NCBI GenBank assembly: GCA_030765145.1
Contig: JAVCDA010000010.1
Span: 119,344 to 183,343, forward strand
DNA length: 64,000 nt
DNA from: Candidatus Saelkia tenebricola
GTDB taxonomy: Bacteria > Omnitrophota > Gorgyraeia > Kaelpiales > Kaelpiaceae
Reading direction: 5' to 3'
Shown: positions 10,010 through 18,655 of the stretch, piece after piece
Layout of the letters: each line of letters starts with the position of its first letter
How positions within the stretch are numbered: the first letter of the stretch is position 1
Position numbers and translations under genes: made by a program
The notes under the pieces: generated by a model
Databases searched by the model: none
What the model was told of the DNA's origin: nothing
What the model saw: the letters and a program-made list of their open reading frames with translations, nothing else

Positions 10010-11494
10010 CTATTTTTCAATCCCTAAAATAATATCGTGATTTTTTTCTGCCTCCTGTTCTTCGCCTATAGCTATAAGACTGTCAGCCATACCTTGCAAT
10101 GCAACAGTGTTAGAGGAATCTATAAAATGAGCTTTTAAGTATTCTTCTAATGCCATTTTCGGGCGCCCCATAAACAGCAGAACACCTCCATAATTAATAT
10201 GATATTGCATCTGTACATAGTCATTCTGTGGAAAATCCTTTTTCATCTTCGTCCAAAGCATCAAATTATTCTCCCAATATTTAACCTCATATGAACTTTT
10301 GATAAAATAAAAACCTAAAGTAACCACAACTAAAACAACGACTGCTTTATATGCTTTACCATTTAAAATTACCTGTTTTAATAACATTCCTAGAAGAATT
10401 GCAAACCCCACAGAAGGGATGTAGAGATACCGCGCAGCTATTAGTGAAGGCAGATAGCGTATCGCACAAAGCGGCGCAAGATTAATCAGAATCCAGCTAT
10501 TAGCTAATTTAAGTTCAAAACTCCCTTTTAAAATACCTCTAATTGCAAGAAATAGTAATAATATTACTGTGACACAATTAAAAATCACTTCTACACCAAC
10601 TTCCCTAATAGGTGTAAATTGCTCTATTAAATAAAACTTGATTCCTGAAGGCATAAGAAGCCATTCAATATATTGGGCAAAGGTTTTTACAACCGTTAGA
10701 ATTTCACCGTAAAACCCTGCATCTAAAACCCTCTGGTTTACCGCTTCCGGCGGATTACAATAAAACCTTAGAAACCCAAATAGTACGGTAATAAAAACCA
10801 ACCCTAACATTAAAAACAAAATTTCTTTTTTGTCAGCACGAATCGTCTTACTCTTGAATGCAAGATATACATAAAGAGCAATGAGAATGAGAAAAGTTAA
10901 TGCACTCTCCTTAGAAAGAATCGCCAAAACATAAAGAACGCAGCATACCATAGATTTTATAAAAAAAATTTTTCTTTTAGATTTTAGTGCTGAAATAAAA
11001 ACAAAAAAAGCTGTTAAGTAAAAAAATAACGCCATTAAATCATGCCTGTAAGTAGCTATTACAACAGTTTCTACATTAACCGGGTGCATAAGAAATACTA
11101 AAGAAGCTACTAAACTCACTAACCGTTGAGATAGCAAAAAAAGGCAAAACCTATATATTAAAAATGTGTTCAGGATATGGAAAAGGAGATTCGTTAATTT
11201 AAAACCAGCTGGATTTAAACCCCAGAATTTATAATCAAAAAAGAAGGTAAGTGTTTTAAGTGGTCGATAGCTTATTTCACCGCTGGCATAAGAATATTTA
11301 TTAAAGCTTTCTTTAATATTGCCTGGATGCAAAAATAAAGTCTTGATATTACCTAAATCACTCAAAAATGATTCCCGTTGCGCTATTATAGACCAATCGT
11401 CACCTGCAAAATCAAACCCCAGGACCTCTCCATAAAGAGAACAGGCTATAGCAATTATTATAAGATAGGCATATAAATCGGATTTTTTAATCAA
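10010..11494 (-). CDS. GT-C fold glycosyltransferase (PMT/ArnT-like, GT39/GT83) with C-terminal TPR
   Basis: About 11 TM helices. Acidic DD motif in the first periplasmic loop after TM1 (GFDFAGDDWS). C-terminal soluble TPR-like tail. Confidence 0.65.
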   Translation of the reverse strand: MIKKSDLYAYLIIIAIACSLYGEVLGFDFAGDDWSIIAQRESFLSDLGNIKTLFLHPGNIKESFNKYSYASGEISYRPLKTLTFFFDYKFWGLNPAGFKLTNLLFHILNTFLIYRFCLFLLSQRLVSLVASLVFLMHPVNVETVVIATYRHDLMALFFYLTAFFVFISALKSKRKIFFIKSMVCCVLYVLAILSKESALTFLILIALYVYLAFKSKTIRADKKEILFLMLGLVFITVLFGFLRFYCNPPEAVNQRVLDAGFYGEILTVVKTFAQYIEWLLMPSGIKFYLIEQFTPIREVGVEVIFNCVTVILLLFLAIRGILKGSFELKLANSWILINLAPLCAIRYLPSLIAARYLYIPSVGFAILLGMLLKQVILNGKAYKAVVVLVVVTLGFYFIKSSYEVKYWENNLMLWTKMKKDFPQNDYVQMQYHINYGGVLLFMGRPKMALEEYLKAHFIDSSNTVALQGMADSLIAIGEEQEAEKNHDIILGIEK

Positions 11495-14051
11495 TCTGCT
11501 TGCAGTCTTTTGCCAGCTTTAACACCGCTAGTTCAAAACCTGATTGATAGCTATTTTTATAAATAGGGACAAAATGGAGATTGAATTTTGCTTTATCCGT
11601 ATTGTCTTTGCGATCAAAATCGTTAACAGCAATTGAAAAATTGATTTCAGCACCTGTTTGCGGTGTGACATTTAATACTGAAAATGGAATAGTTATTGCA
11701 AGCTCATATCCTTCTTTAGTCAATTTTGAAATTGATTTGACTTCTTCAATATCACGCTCCTGAAACCAGGCATATTTTATAGCTACACTATTCCTGCCCG
11801 GAGCAAATCCAAGCTGAAAATGCTCTTTATTGCCCCAGTAAAGTCTTTCACCGACTGGAGCAATGTACAGCTCAACACAATCATTTTTATAAAGAGTTTT
11901 TGCTTCTTCTTCTGCTATGACATCGTTATCGCTAACCTTTACCCAGAAGTATAAATTTTCTTCATCCCAGCTTGCTTTATATTCGCAACCCAAGTCATAA
12001 GGATATTTTGTAATCGCACCATGTTCCAAGGCCTGCTTGGGGGTTAATTTATACAATTGACCTTCGATTGATGAATCTGCGTATTGAGCAACAATAACAG
12101 GCTTTTTATCCGCCTCCAGTTTAATGGCACCATCCTTAAATCCTGCAATCTGCATAGCTTTTTTTATGTATTCGTTACGCATAAAATATTCCCAGACAAA
12201 TCCTGAAAGATAATTCTCAATCATAAGCATAATCGGGCCCTGGTCAATACCTATTACAACATCGGAATACCAGTTCTTATCTCTGTTAAAACTATCCACA
12301 AACCCGTAATTTCCCCAGATATAATCTTTGTGGTTTTGGTACATCCATCTTAAAGCACTAATACATTCAGCGGGTGCAAACGGAGTACTTCCTCCTACAG
12401 CAGTAAAAGCAACAGTACCATCATAATGCGCATAACCAGGAGGCGCCCCATAAGCACGGTAACCTGCAGGAGATTCACATGCAGTTAGTCCCCAAGAATT
12501 TTTATTAAACGTTAAAGAATTTTCCTTATTATTAATACAAAACTGCCTGTTGGCTAAAGTCGCATTGACCGATGAAGTAAAATAATCTGCGTAATCATCG
12601 TGCTTGTTTCTGAAATCAACCCAAATATGAGAAAATTGATGGGTAAACATAGGCGGCGATGATAAGCAGGTATACCCTTCATAATCCCAAATAGGCCTCC
12701 TTACATCATACCAAACTGATTCAGTTATCGGATGCGTCGGCGACCCCAAGGCCAGTAAATACATAATCAACTGTTCGCCATATTTATTCCAGCGATCAGG
12801 CAAAAACCCTGATTCAGGAGTCCACCCCATACATATATTGTCACCTTTACCCAGCATCCAATCCCACTCCACACGTTGATAAATCTCATCCGCCAATTCT
12901 TTTACTTTGCACCCGAAATATTCTCCGGCAAACAATGCCCCGGCTAAAAAAAGAGCTGTATCTATTGAAGAAAGCTCGCAATTCCAAACCCTATCTCCAT
13001 TATCCATACCCACAAAATGGTAGAAAAACCCATGCACATTTTCCATCCTGTCTCTGAAGAAGAATAAAGTATTTAAAACTCTTTCCATTGCCTCTTCCCG
13101 CCTAATCCACCCTTTCTCAACAGCTACAGGATATGCAGTTAAAGCAAAACCAACCGCTGCAATAGAAGCAACTTTAAAATTGTCTTTTTTAAAATTATTA
13201 GCTTTGTCTTTCGTTAAACCCGTCTCAGGGTTAGTTTCGCGCCAGAAATAACCGAAAGATTTTCTCTGAATTAATTCTAAAAATTCCCTATCGCTTATAG
13301 TAGATATATCGGGCTTAGGAATACATTCTCTTAAAGTCGGATAAACACCACATAAAGGCTGTTTTAAAATTTCTTCTTTGGTAAAGTATGCATCATCTAT
13401 ATAGATAGTTCCTTCCTTATCAGTAACACGCCAATCTTCAAACACAAAAATCAGTTCCTGCATCTTATCAAATTCAGATATCCCCATAAATTTATTTAAT
13501 GGAATAACATACTGTTTCCAGTCATCTTCTAAATCTGTAAGATAATGAATTCCTTTCTCGCCTTGTGTGTTTTTTAATTCCAGCTTAAAATGTTTGGTAA
13601 AACCACGTTTTTTATCCCCCTTTGCCGATAAAACTAGATATCTATAATCATTTAAGTTTTTATTCTCCAGCTTAAACCAAATACCATTAAAAGCCGGATT
13701 GGGAGAATCAACATCGTAGTCAATTCTTAAGGAATACCCTTTCTCGCCTTTTTTAACCAAAGGAGAAAATGAATCAAAACAATTCTGCGTAAAATCATCG
13801 GGGTCTTTATCCCAGGCTCCAAAACTACATCCAGAACCTTGATTTGATTTTTCGTTAAAATGTGCCAGCAAAATAATTCCCGGAAGTTCCACCTGAGGAA
13901 TAGTATCTAAATCAGCAAGAAATTCTTCTCGTGCATTCTGAACCCTGTCTTTTTCTTTTTGAACCTCCAGGTGTTTATAAAACAAGGTACTTATGATTGC
14001 TGCCAGAAAAAATAACACTAAGATTATTTTGAAAAATTTTTCTTTAAACAA
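11487..14051 (-). CDS. membrane-anchored glycoside hydrolase, glucoamylase-like (alpha/alpha)6 catalytic region, with an N-terminal CBM-like domain and a C-terminal CBM9-like domain
   Basis: TTG start with AGAGGTG SD 7 nt upstream. N-terminal TM anchor. A domain at aa about 60-225 is paralogous to ORFs 14120..14698 and 31149..31727. The central region resembles putative glucoamylase / beta-1,2-glucanase-like families. The C-terminal block (ASWDEENLYFWVKVSD...CVELYI) is typical of family 9 CBM-like domains. Confidence 0.55.
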   Translation of the reverse strand: MFKEKFFKIILVLFFLAAIISTLFYKHLEVQKEKDRVQNAREEFLADLDTIPQVELPGIILLAHFNEKSNQGSGCSFGAWDKDPDDFTQNCFDSFSPLVKKGEKGYSLRIDYDVDSPNPAFNGIWFKLENKNLNDYRYLVLSAKGDKKRGFTKHFKLELKNTQGEKGIHYLTDLEDDWKQYVIPLNKFMGISEFDKMQELIFVFEDWRVTDKEGTIYIDDAYFTKEEILKQPLCGVYPTLRECIPKPDISTISDREFLELIQRKSFGYFWRETNPETGLTKDKANNFKKDNFKVASIAAVGFALTAYPVAVEKGWIRREEAMERVLNTLFFFRDRMENVHGFFYHFVGMDNGDRVWNCELSSIDTALFLAGALFAGEYFGCKVKELADEIYQRVEWDWMLGKGDNICMGWTPESGFLPDRWNKYGEQLIMYLLALGSPTHPITESVWYDVRRPIWDYEGYTCLSSPPMFTHQFSHIWVDFRNKHDDYADYFTSSVNATLANRQFCINNKENSLTFNKNSWGLTACESPAGYRAYGAPPGYAHYDGTVAFTAVGGSTPFAPAECISALRWMYQNHKDYIWGNYGFVDSFNRDKNWYSDVVIGIDQGPIMLMIENYLSGFVWEYFMRNEYIKKAMQIAGFKDGAIKLEADKKPVIVAQYADSSIEGQLYKLTPKQALEHGAITKYPYDLGCEYKASWDEENLYFWVKVSDNDVIAEEEAKTLYKNDCVELYIAPVGERLYWGNKEHFQLGFAPGRNSVAIKYAWFQERDIEEVKSISKLTKEGYELAITIPFSVLNVTPQTGAEINFSIAVNDFDRKDNTDKAKFNLHFVPIYKNSYQSGFELAVLKLAKDCKQID

Positions 14052-14071
14052 TTGTAAACACCTCTTTACAG

Positions 14072-14099
14072 AAAGGCGGAGTTAAAATGCTCCGCCTTT
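14072..14099. other. perfect 10-bp stem hairpin (AAAGGCGGAG-loop-CTCCGCCTTT) between two co-oriented genes; no U-tract
   Basis: Inverted repeat read directly; 8-nt loop. Confidence 0.5.
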
Positions 14100-14119
14100 A
14101 AAAACATTGTTTTATAATT

Positions 14120-14698
14120 TTACTTTTCAAACTGAACATCGTCGAAATAAACAGTTCCTTCTTTAACCGGGATACGCCAGTCTTCAAAAACAACAACAAA
14201 CTCATCCATGTTGGTCAAATCGGAAATCCCAGCTATTTTAGCAAGAGAAATTTCAATTTTCTGCCATTTATCAGTAACCCCTGTAACGTAATATTTGCCA
14301 ACTTCGCCAATATTGTTTTTCAATTCAATCTTAAACAACGGGGTAAAACCTCTTTTAACATCCCCTTTTACCCAAAAAGTAAAAGTCTCATATTTTGACA
14401 CATCAGCTCCGTTCAGTTTCATCCAAAAACCGTTGTAAGCAGCATTTGGAGAATCAACATCATAATCAACCCTGAGACAAAATCCTTTACCATCTTTTGT
14501 CTCAACAGTGTTAAAACTTTCAATTGCGGTTTGTGAAAAATCCATAGGATCTCTATCCCAAGCACCAAAATCACCATTAACGTTATTGGGCTTAACACCG
14601 GAATCAAAATCTGCAATCGAAAACACATCTTCTAACGCACAAGCAGAGCCACCCGCTACTAACAAAAAACATCCGACTAACAAGCCAAACATTTTCAT
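14120..14698 (-). CDS. secreted single-domain protein, CBM-like domain paralog
   Basis: Start chosen at MKMFGLLVGCFLL, a signal peptide preceded by a GGAGGTG SD. Shares FGAWD.DP.DF, DYDVDSPN, VKGD.KRGF and VVFEDWR...KEGT.Y.DD motifs with the N-terminal domain of the hydrolase next door. Confidence 0.6.
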   Translation of the reverse strand: MKMFGLLVGCFLLVAGGSACALEDVFSIADFDSGVKPNNVNGDFGAWDRDPMDFSQTAIESFNTVETKDGKGFCLRVDYDVDSPNAAYNGFWMKLNGADVSKYETFTFWVKGDVKRGFTPLFKIELKNNIGEVGKYYVTGVTDKWQKIEISLAKIAGISDLTNMDEFVVVFEDWRIPVKEGTVYFDDVQFEK

Positions 14699-14779
14699 AC
14701 ACCCACCTCCTTTTTTTGAAATTCTATCTTTTTTACTTATGCCACAAAACACATCTTTTGTCAAGTCGATAAGAGACTG

Positions 14780-15985
14780 CTACACCATAGCATGCGTAAA
14801 AATATGTTGAATAACAAGGCTGACGGCACCTAAAGCAACCGCATTCTCTCCCAATTGCGTAGGAACAATGCGTACCTGATGACCGATTTCCTCAAATGTC
14901 TTGTCTCTAACAACCCTTTTGATCTCATCCAATAACACCGAACCTGCTCTTTCTATCCCACCGCCAATTACCACAACCTCGGGATTAAGCATCTGAATAA
15001 GATAGGCAATCCTAATACCCAATTCTTCCCCAGATTTTTTAACAAGTTCTATTGCAAGAGTATCTCCTTCCCTGGCTGCCTCAACTACAGATTTAAAATC
15101 TATTTTTCCCGCATCACCTCCGCAAAGTTCTAATATTTTAGAGTCAACGCCTTCTGTTATCACTGCTTTTTGTGCTTTTTCTTTCAATCCTAAATCTGCC
15201 TGCCAGCGGTCAAGGCCTTTAAAATTTTGTTTTTCCTGATCTGTTAAACCCGGCAAGCCTAACTCACCAGAACATCCTGTTGCACCGGAATAAATCTGAC
15301 CATTAATTATAATACCGCAACCGACTCCGGAGTACATAAAAACAAGGTTTTTCACTTCACTTTCAAGCTCAAACTCCCTCTCTCCAAAAGCTGCAACAGT
15401 AGCATCGTTTTCTACATACACAGGCATATTAAATTTTTGCTCTAACATATTTTTCAAGGTTGAGATGTAAATACTACCCATTTGTTCCGGCCAGCGAATA
15501 GTGCCTCCTTTTCTATCCACAATACCAGGAATACCGATACCAATACCTTTAATTTGACCTTCATCCAATTCTGATTTTTTAATAAGCTCCTCCACAATGT
15601 CTGTCAGAGCATCAATTAAAAACCCTTCCGCCCCTCCTTCTGGTCTGGGTTTTTTAATCTCCACAAGAACATTAGCCTTGAGATCCGTTATAATCCCAAT
15701 AATATTAACTAAGTCCAGCCCAACACCAACAATATAAGCAGCCTTAGGGTTAAGCTCTAAAACCACAGGACGCCTACCACCGGTAGAAACATCCAAACCG
15801 CCCTCTATTACCATACCTTTTTGAATATAATTATTTACATAATTAGAAACAGTAACGATGTTCAGCTCTGTTTCCTTTGAAATCTCAGTCCTGGTAATAG
15901 GTCCTTTTCTGCGAATTAAATCTAAAATTGAAAAATTCTTTCTCTCTCTATCCGCTAATACTTCCCCCATTGCCTCTACCATCAC
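14780..15985 (-). CDS. ROK family transcriptional regulator (N-terminal wHTH plus ROK sugar-kinase-like domain); zinc motif apparently degenerate
   Basis: HTH region ILDLIRRKGPITRTEISKETELNIVTVSNYV. Glycine-rich ROK sugar-kinase-like core. Only GCSGELG is present where CxCGxxGCxE is expected. Confidence 0.8.
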   Translation of the reverse strand: MMVEAMGEVLADRERKNFSILDLIRRKGPITRTEISKETELNIVTVSNYVNNYIQKGMVIEGGLDVSTGGRRPVVLELNPKAAYIVGVGLDLVNIIGIITDLKANVLVEIKKPRPEGGAEGFLIDALTDIVEELIKKSELDEGQIKGIGIGIPGIVDRKGGTIRWPEQMGSIYISTLKNMLEQKFNMPVYVENDATVAAFGEREFELESEVKNLVFMYSGVGCGIIINGQIYSGATGCSGELGLPGLTDQEKQNFKGLDRWQADLGLKEKAQKAVITEGVDSKILELCGGDAGKIDFKSVVEAAREGDTLAIELVKKSGEELGIRIAYLIQMLNPEVVVIGGGIERAGSVLLDEIKRVVRDKTFEEIGHQVRIVPTQLGENAVALGAVSLVIQHIFTHAMV

Positions 15986-15998
15986 TACCTCCTTTAAT

Positions 15999-16100
15999 GA
16001 GTCCGTTACTTATGGAGCAAAGCTAACATAAGCAACATGGGCGAATTACGAGCCTGTTACTTATGGAACAAAATTGACATAAGTAACCTGGGTAAATTAT
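15999..16100. promoter_or_regulatory. two tandem 51-bp repeats (about 78% identical), each containing the palindrome GTTACTTATG-N12-CATAAG(T/C)AAC; candidate operator pair upstream of the ROK regulator gene
   Basis: Direct read: repeat 1 at 15999-16049 and repeat 2 at 16050-16100. Half-sites at 16005-16014/16029-16038 and 16056-16065/16078-16087. Confidence 0.6.
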
Positions 16101-16110
16101 CTGTCAATAA

Positions 16111-17382
16111 CTAATCAGTTAAAAGCTTGTTCCCTTCTTTTGCAATCTTAATCATTATTTCATCTATTGATTTCTGGCCGTTAAACAACAAATCCAGCTT
16201 TGGTTTGATATACAGTTCTTCTATCTCCCTCCAGTTAGAATGAAACGGCGGAAAGATAACGTACTGCACTGCTTCATTGAGCATCCCTTTATTTAGCGGC
16301 TTTTCACTGCTTCCTGCCCAATAAGAACCCTGAGAAACAGATATTCTAGCCGGCTGAGCAAGTCCCATAGCAGCAATTTTCTCCATCACTTTAACAGAAG
16401 TCAAAGCCTTGACAACCTCCCAAGCAAGTTGCGGATTTTTGGCATTTTTTAGAATACAATAAGCCGTACCTCCTGTTGCAAAACGCCTGATACCTTTAGG
16501 GCTCTTAGGAAACATTACAACATCCCAATCAAGATTTTTTGTTTTTCTTAGAACTGGAGTTTCCCAGATCCCAGACCCTAACATTGCAAGCTTACCGGTA
16601 ATAAACATCATCTGAACCCCCATTCCCATATTTATTAAGGCAGACGGTGTTGGAGAAATTTTGTGTTTTAGAATCAAGTCCGTATAAAACTGGAGTCCTT
16701 CTTTAGAAGCTGTGCTATTAAGCATAATGCGCTTGGGACGCTTAATATTATCAACCAATCCACCGCCATTGGAAAGGACAAAATTTTGCCAGGCCCAAGT
16801 ATAAAATCCGTATCTTTTGATTCTTCCGCTCTCATCAACAAGCGTAAATTTCTGAGCTATTTTAAGCAGATCATCCCAGTTCCAATCATCAGTAGGATAA
16901 GGAATCCCTGCTTCGTCAAATAGTTTTTTATTATAGTAAATACAAGCAAAAGGCGCAATATCGCGCGGAATACCGTAAACGTTGTCCTTGATTGTAAAAT
17001 GATTCATTATTTCAGGGAAAAAATCATTGAATGCAAAGTCTCTATCCTGTTCAATCAATTGTGTAAGATCAAGAAAAACACCTTTGGCCCAGAAATTTGT
17101 AAATAAGCTTACCTCGGCAGCAATAACATCCGGGGCATCTCCCCCGGCAATTCTGGTTAAGATTTTACTAGTATATCCTCCGTAAGGAGTATGTTCTAAA
17201 ACCACCCTAACATCAGGATGAGAAATTTCCCATTCTTTAATTACAGAATTGATAATTTTCACTTCTTCCGGAGAACCCCAAAAAGCTAACCTAACCTTAT
17301 CAATATGCTCTTCAGTTTCCTTCCGGCCACAGCCCACAAAAAAAAGAACCCCTAAAAACAAAATAGTTTTTATAATCTTCAT
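16111..17382 (-). CDS. ABC transporter substrate-binding lipoprotein (family 1, carbohydrate type), orphan
   Basis: Lipoprotein signal LFFVGCG. Solute-binding family-1 like sequence. No adjacent permease or ATPase genes. Confidence 0.8.
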   Translation of the reverse strand: MKIIKTILFLGVLFFVGCGRKETEEHIDKVRLAFWGSPEEVKIINSVIKEWEISHPDVRVVLEHTPYGGYTSKILTRIAGGDAPDVIAAEVSLFTNFWAKGVFLDLTQLIEQDRDFAFNDFFPEIMNHFTIKDNVYGIPRDIAPFACIYYNKKLFDEAGIPYPTDDWNWDDLLKIAQKFTLVDESGRIKRYGFYTWAWQNFVLSNGGGLVDNIKRPKRIMLNSTASKEGLQFYTDLILKHKISPTPSALINMGMGVQMMFITGKLAMLGSGIWETPVLRKTKNLDWDVVMFPKSPKGIRRFATGGTAYCILKNAKNPQLAWEVVKALTSVKVMEKIAAMGLAQPARISVSQGSYWAGSSEKPLNKGMLNEAVQYVIFPPFHSNWREIEELYIKPKLDLLFNGQKSIDEIMIKIAKEGNKLLTD

Positions 17383-17448
17383 AATAAGCTTATTAATACC
17401 ATTGTATAAATTTTAGAACAATTTGATCTGTATGTCAAATAGAATTTA

Positions 17449-18655
17449 CTAATCAGATAACATAACTGAATCATTTTCGGCAATCTGCATCTTAGGTAAA
17501 CTAAGTAGAATACTGGCTGCAGAGGTAACCTCTCTGACATCAATGACTTGAAGCTTAGCGATCAATGTGTTGCCTCGGTATATGGAAAATCCCATACCAA
17601 TTTGCACCCCATCTCTTCTGCCAATATCGATGATTATAAAACCTTCCTCTACATTAACAAAGACAACTCTTCCTTTAAGTAGCTCGTCTTTAATTTCTAT
17701 TCTGGGTAATTCTACAGCTTCGCCTTCAGTATCGTAATTTAGTTTTTTTATCTTTTCCAATGCCATCTCAAGATCCTGTTTTAATTTTGTAACCTCTAAC
17801 ACTTCGTCTTCCAAAACTCGATTAATATATCCAATCCTTTGATTGAATATTTCTTTTTCTTTTTTCTCTTTTTCGACATTCTGTTCTAACTGTGTAATTC
17901 TTTCGCTTATTTCCTTTTTTCTGTCCTGCGCCTGTGCAACCTTCATCTGAAGCGTATTTTTATCTCTTTGCATTTCTTCCACCTGCTTTATATATGAAAA
18001 CTTCTCTTTCTTCTCCTGCTCCAAAGATGCGCTTAAGGAAGACACTATCTTTTTAGTATCCTGAAACTTATTTTCTAAATTTTCTTTTTTATCCAATAGA
18101 TCATTTACAATATTATTTAAATTTTCTTTCTCCTTCTCAAACCTTGAAATCTCGCTATCTTTTTTCTCTAAAAGTCTTTCCAAACTACTAAGCCTTAATT
18201 CTAGATTGGATTTCTCCCGCAACAAATTTGACCAGAAACTGTCATCACCTGTGTTATTGTATTTTATATTCTCTTGGCTTGTAAAACTTGCTTTGACATC
18301 ATTCTTCTCCCGTACTAATCTAGCAACACTTTCCCGTAACCGCATATTTTCATCAGCCAGCTCCTTGAAGTTGTTTTCAGAAATAAGTTTTTCCTCCTCC
18401 ACTTTCGACAGATGTGTTTGATACTTATTAAGATTGGCCTGTATTTTTTCAATCTCTGACTTAAACTTGTCGAGATCAAACTCCAAGTCTCTATTTGTTT
18501 GATACCAAAGCACTTTTTCTTCTGTGTATCTGGAATAAATTTTTCTATTCTCTAACCCAAGCCAAACGGCAGAAATAACAGACACGCTTAAGAGCGTACC
18601 GCATAAAGAATAAATTACTGTTTTTACTGAGTCCGACATTTTCATATTGTTCTTG
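17449..18655 (-). CDS. membrane-anchored coiled-coil protein with a C-terminal small beta-rich module; last gene of the RND efflux operon
   Basis: Start taken at MKMSDSV, giving a 14-nt overlap with the upstream RND gene; the ORF-track start at 18792 lies inside that gene. One N-terminal TM helix, then about 280 aa of heptad-rich Glu/Lys sequence. The C-terminal GRVVFVNVEEGFIIIDIGRRDGVQIGMGFSIYRG block resembles the C-terminus of the OMF. Confidence 0.6.

Noticed and set aside
14508-14810. 100-aa plus-strand ORF overlapping the CBM-like gene and the ROK gene end
   Set aside because: It is antisense to two well-supported genes, has a Pro/Ser/Thr-rich low-complexity translation, and is most likely spurious.
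15999-16100. Possible CRISPR array (direct repeats)
   Set aside because: There are only two 51-bp copies, directly adjacent with no spacer, and no cas genes. The internal palindromes fit an operator interpretation instead.
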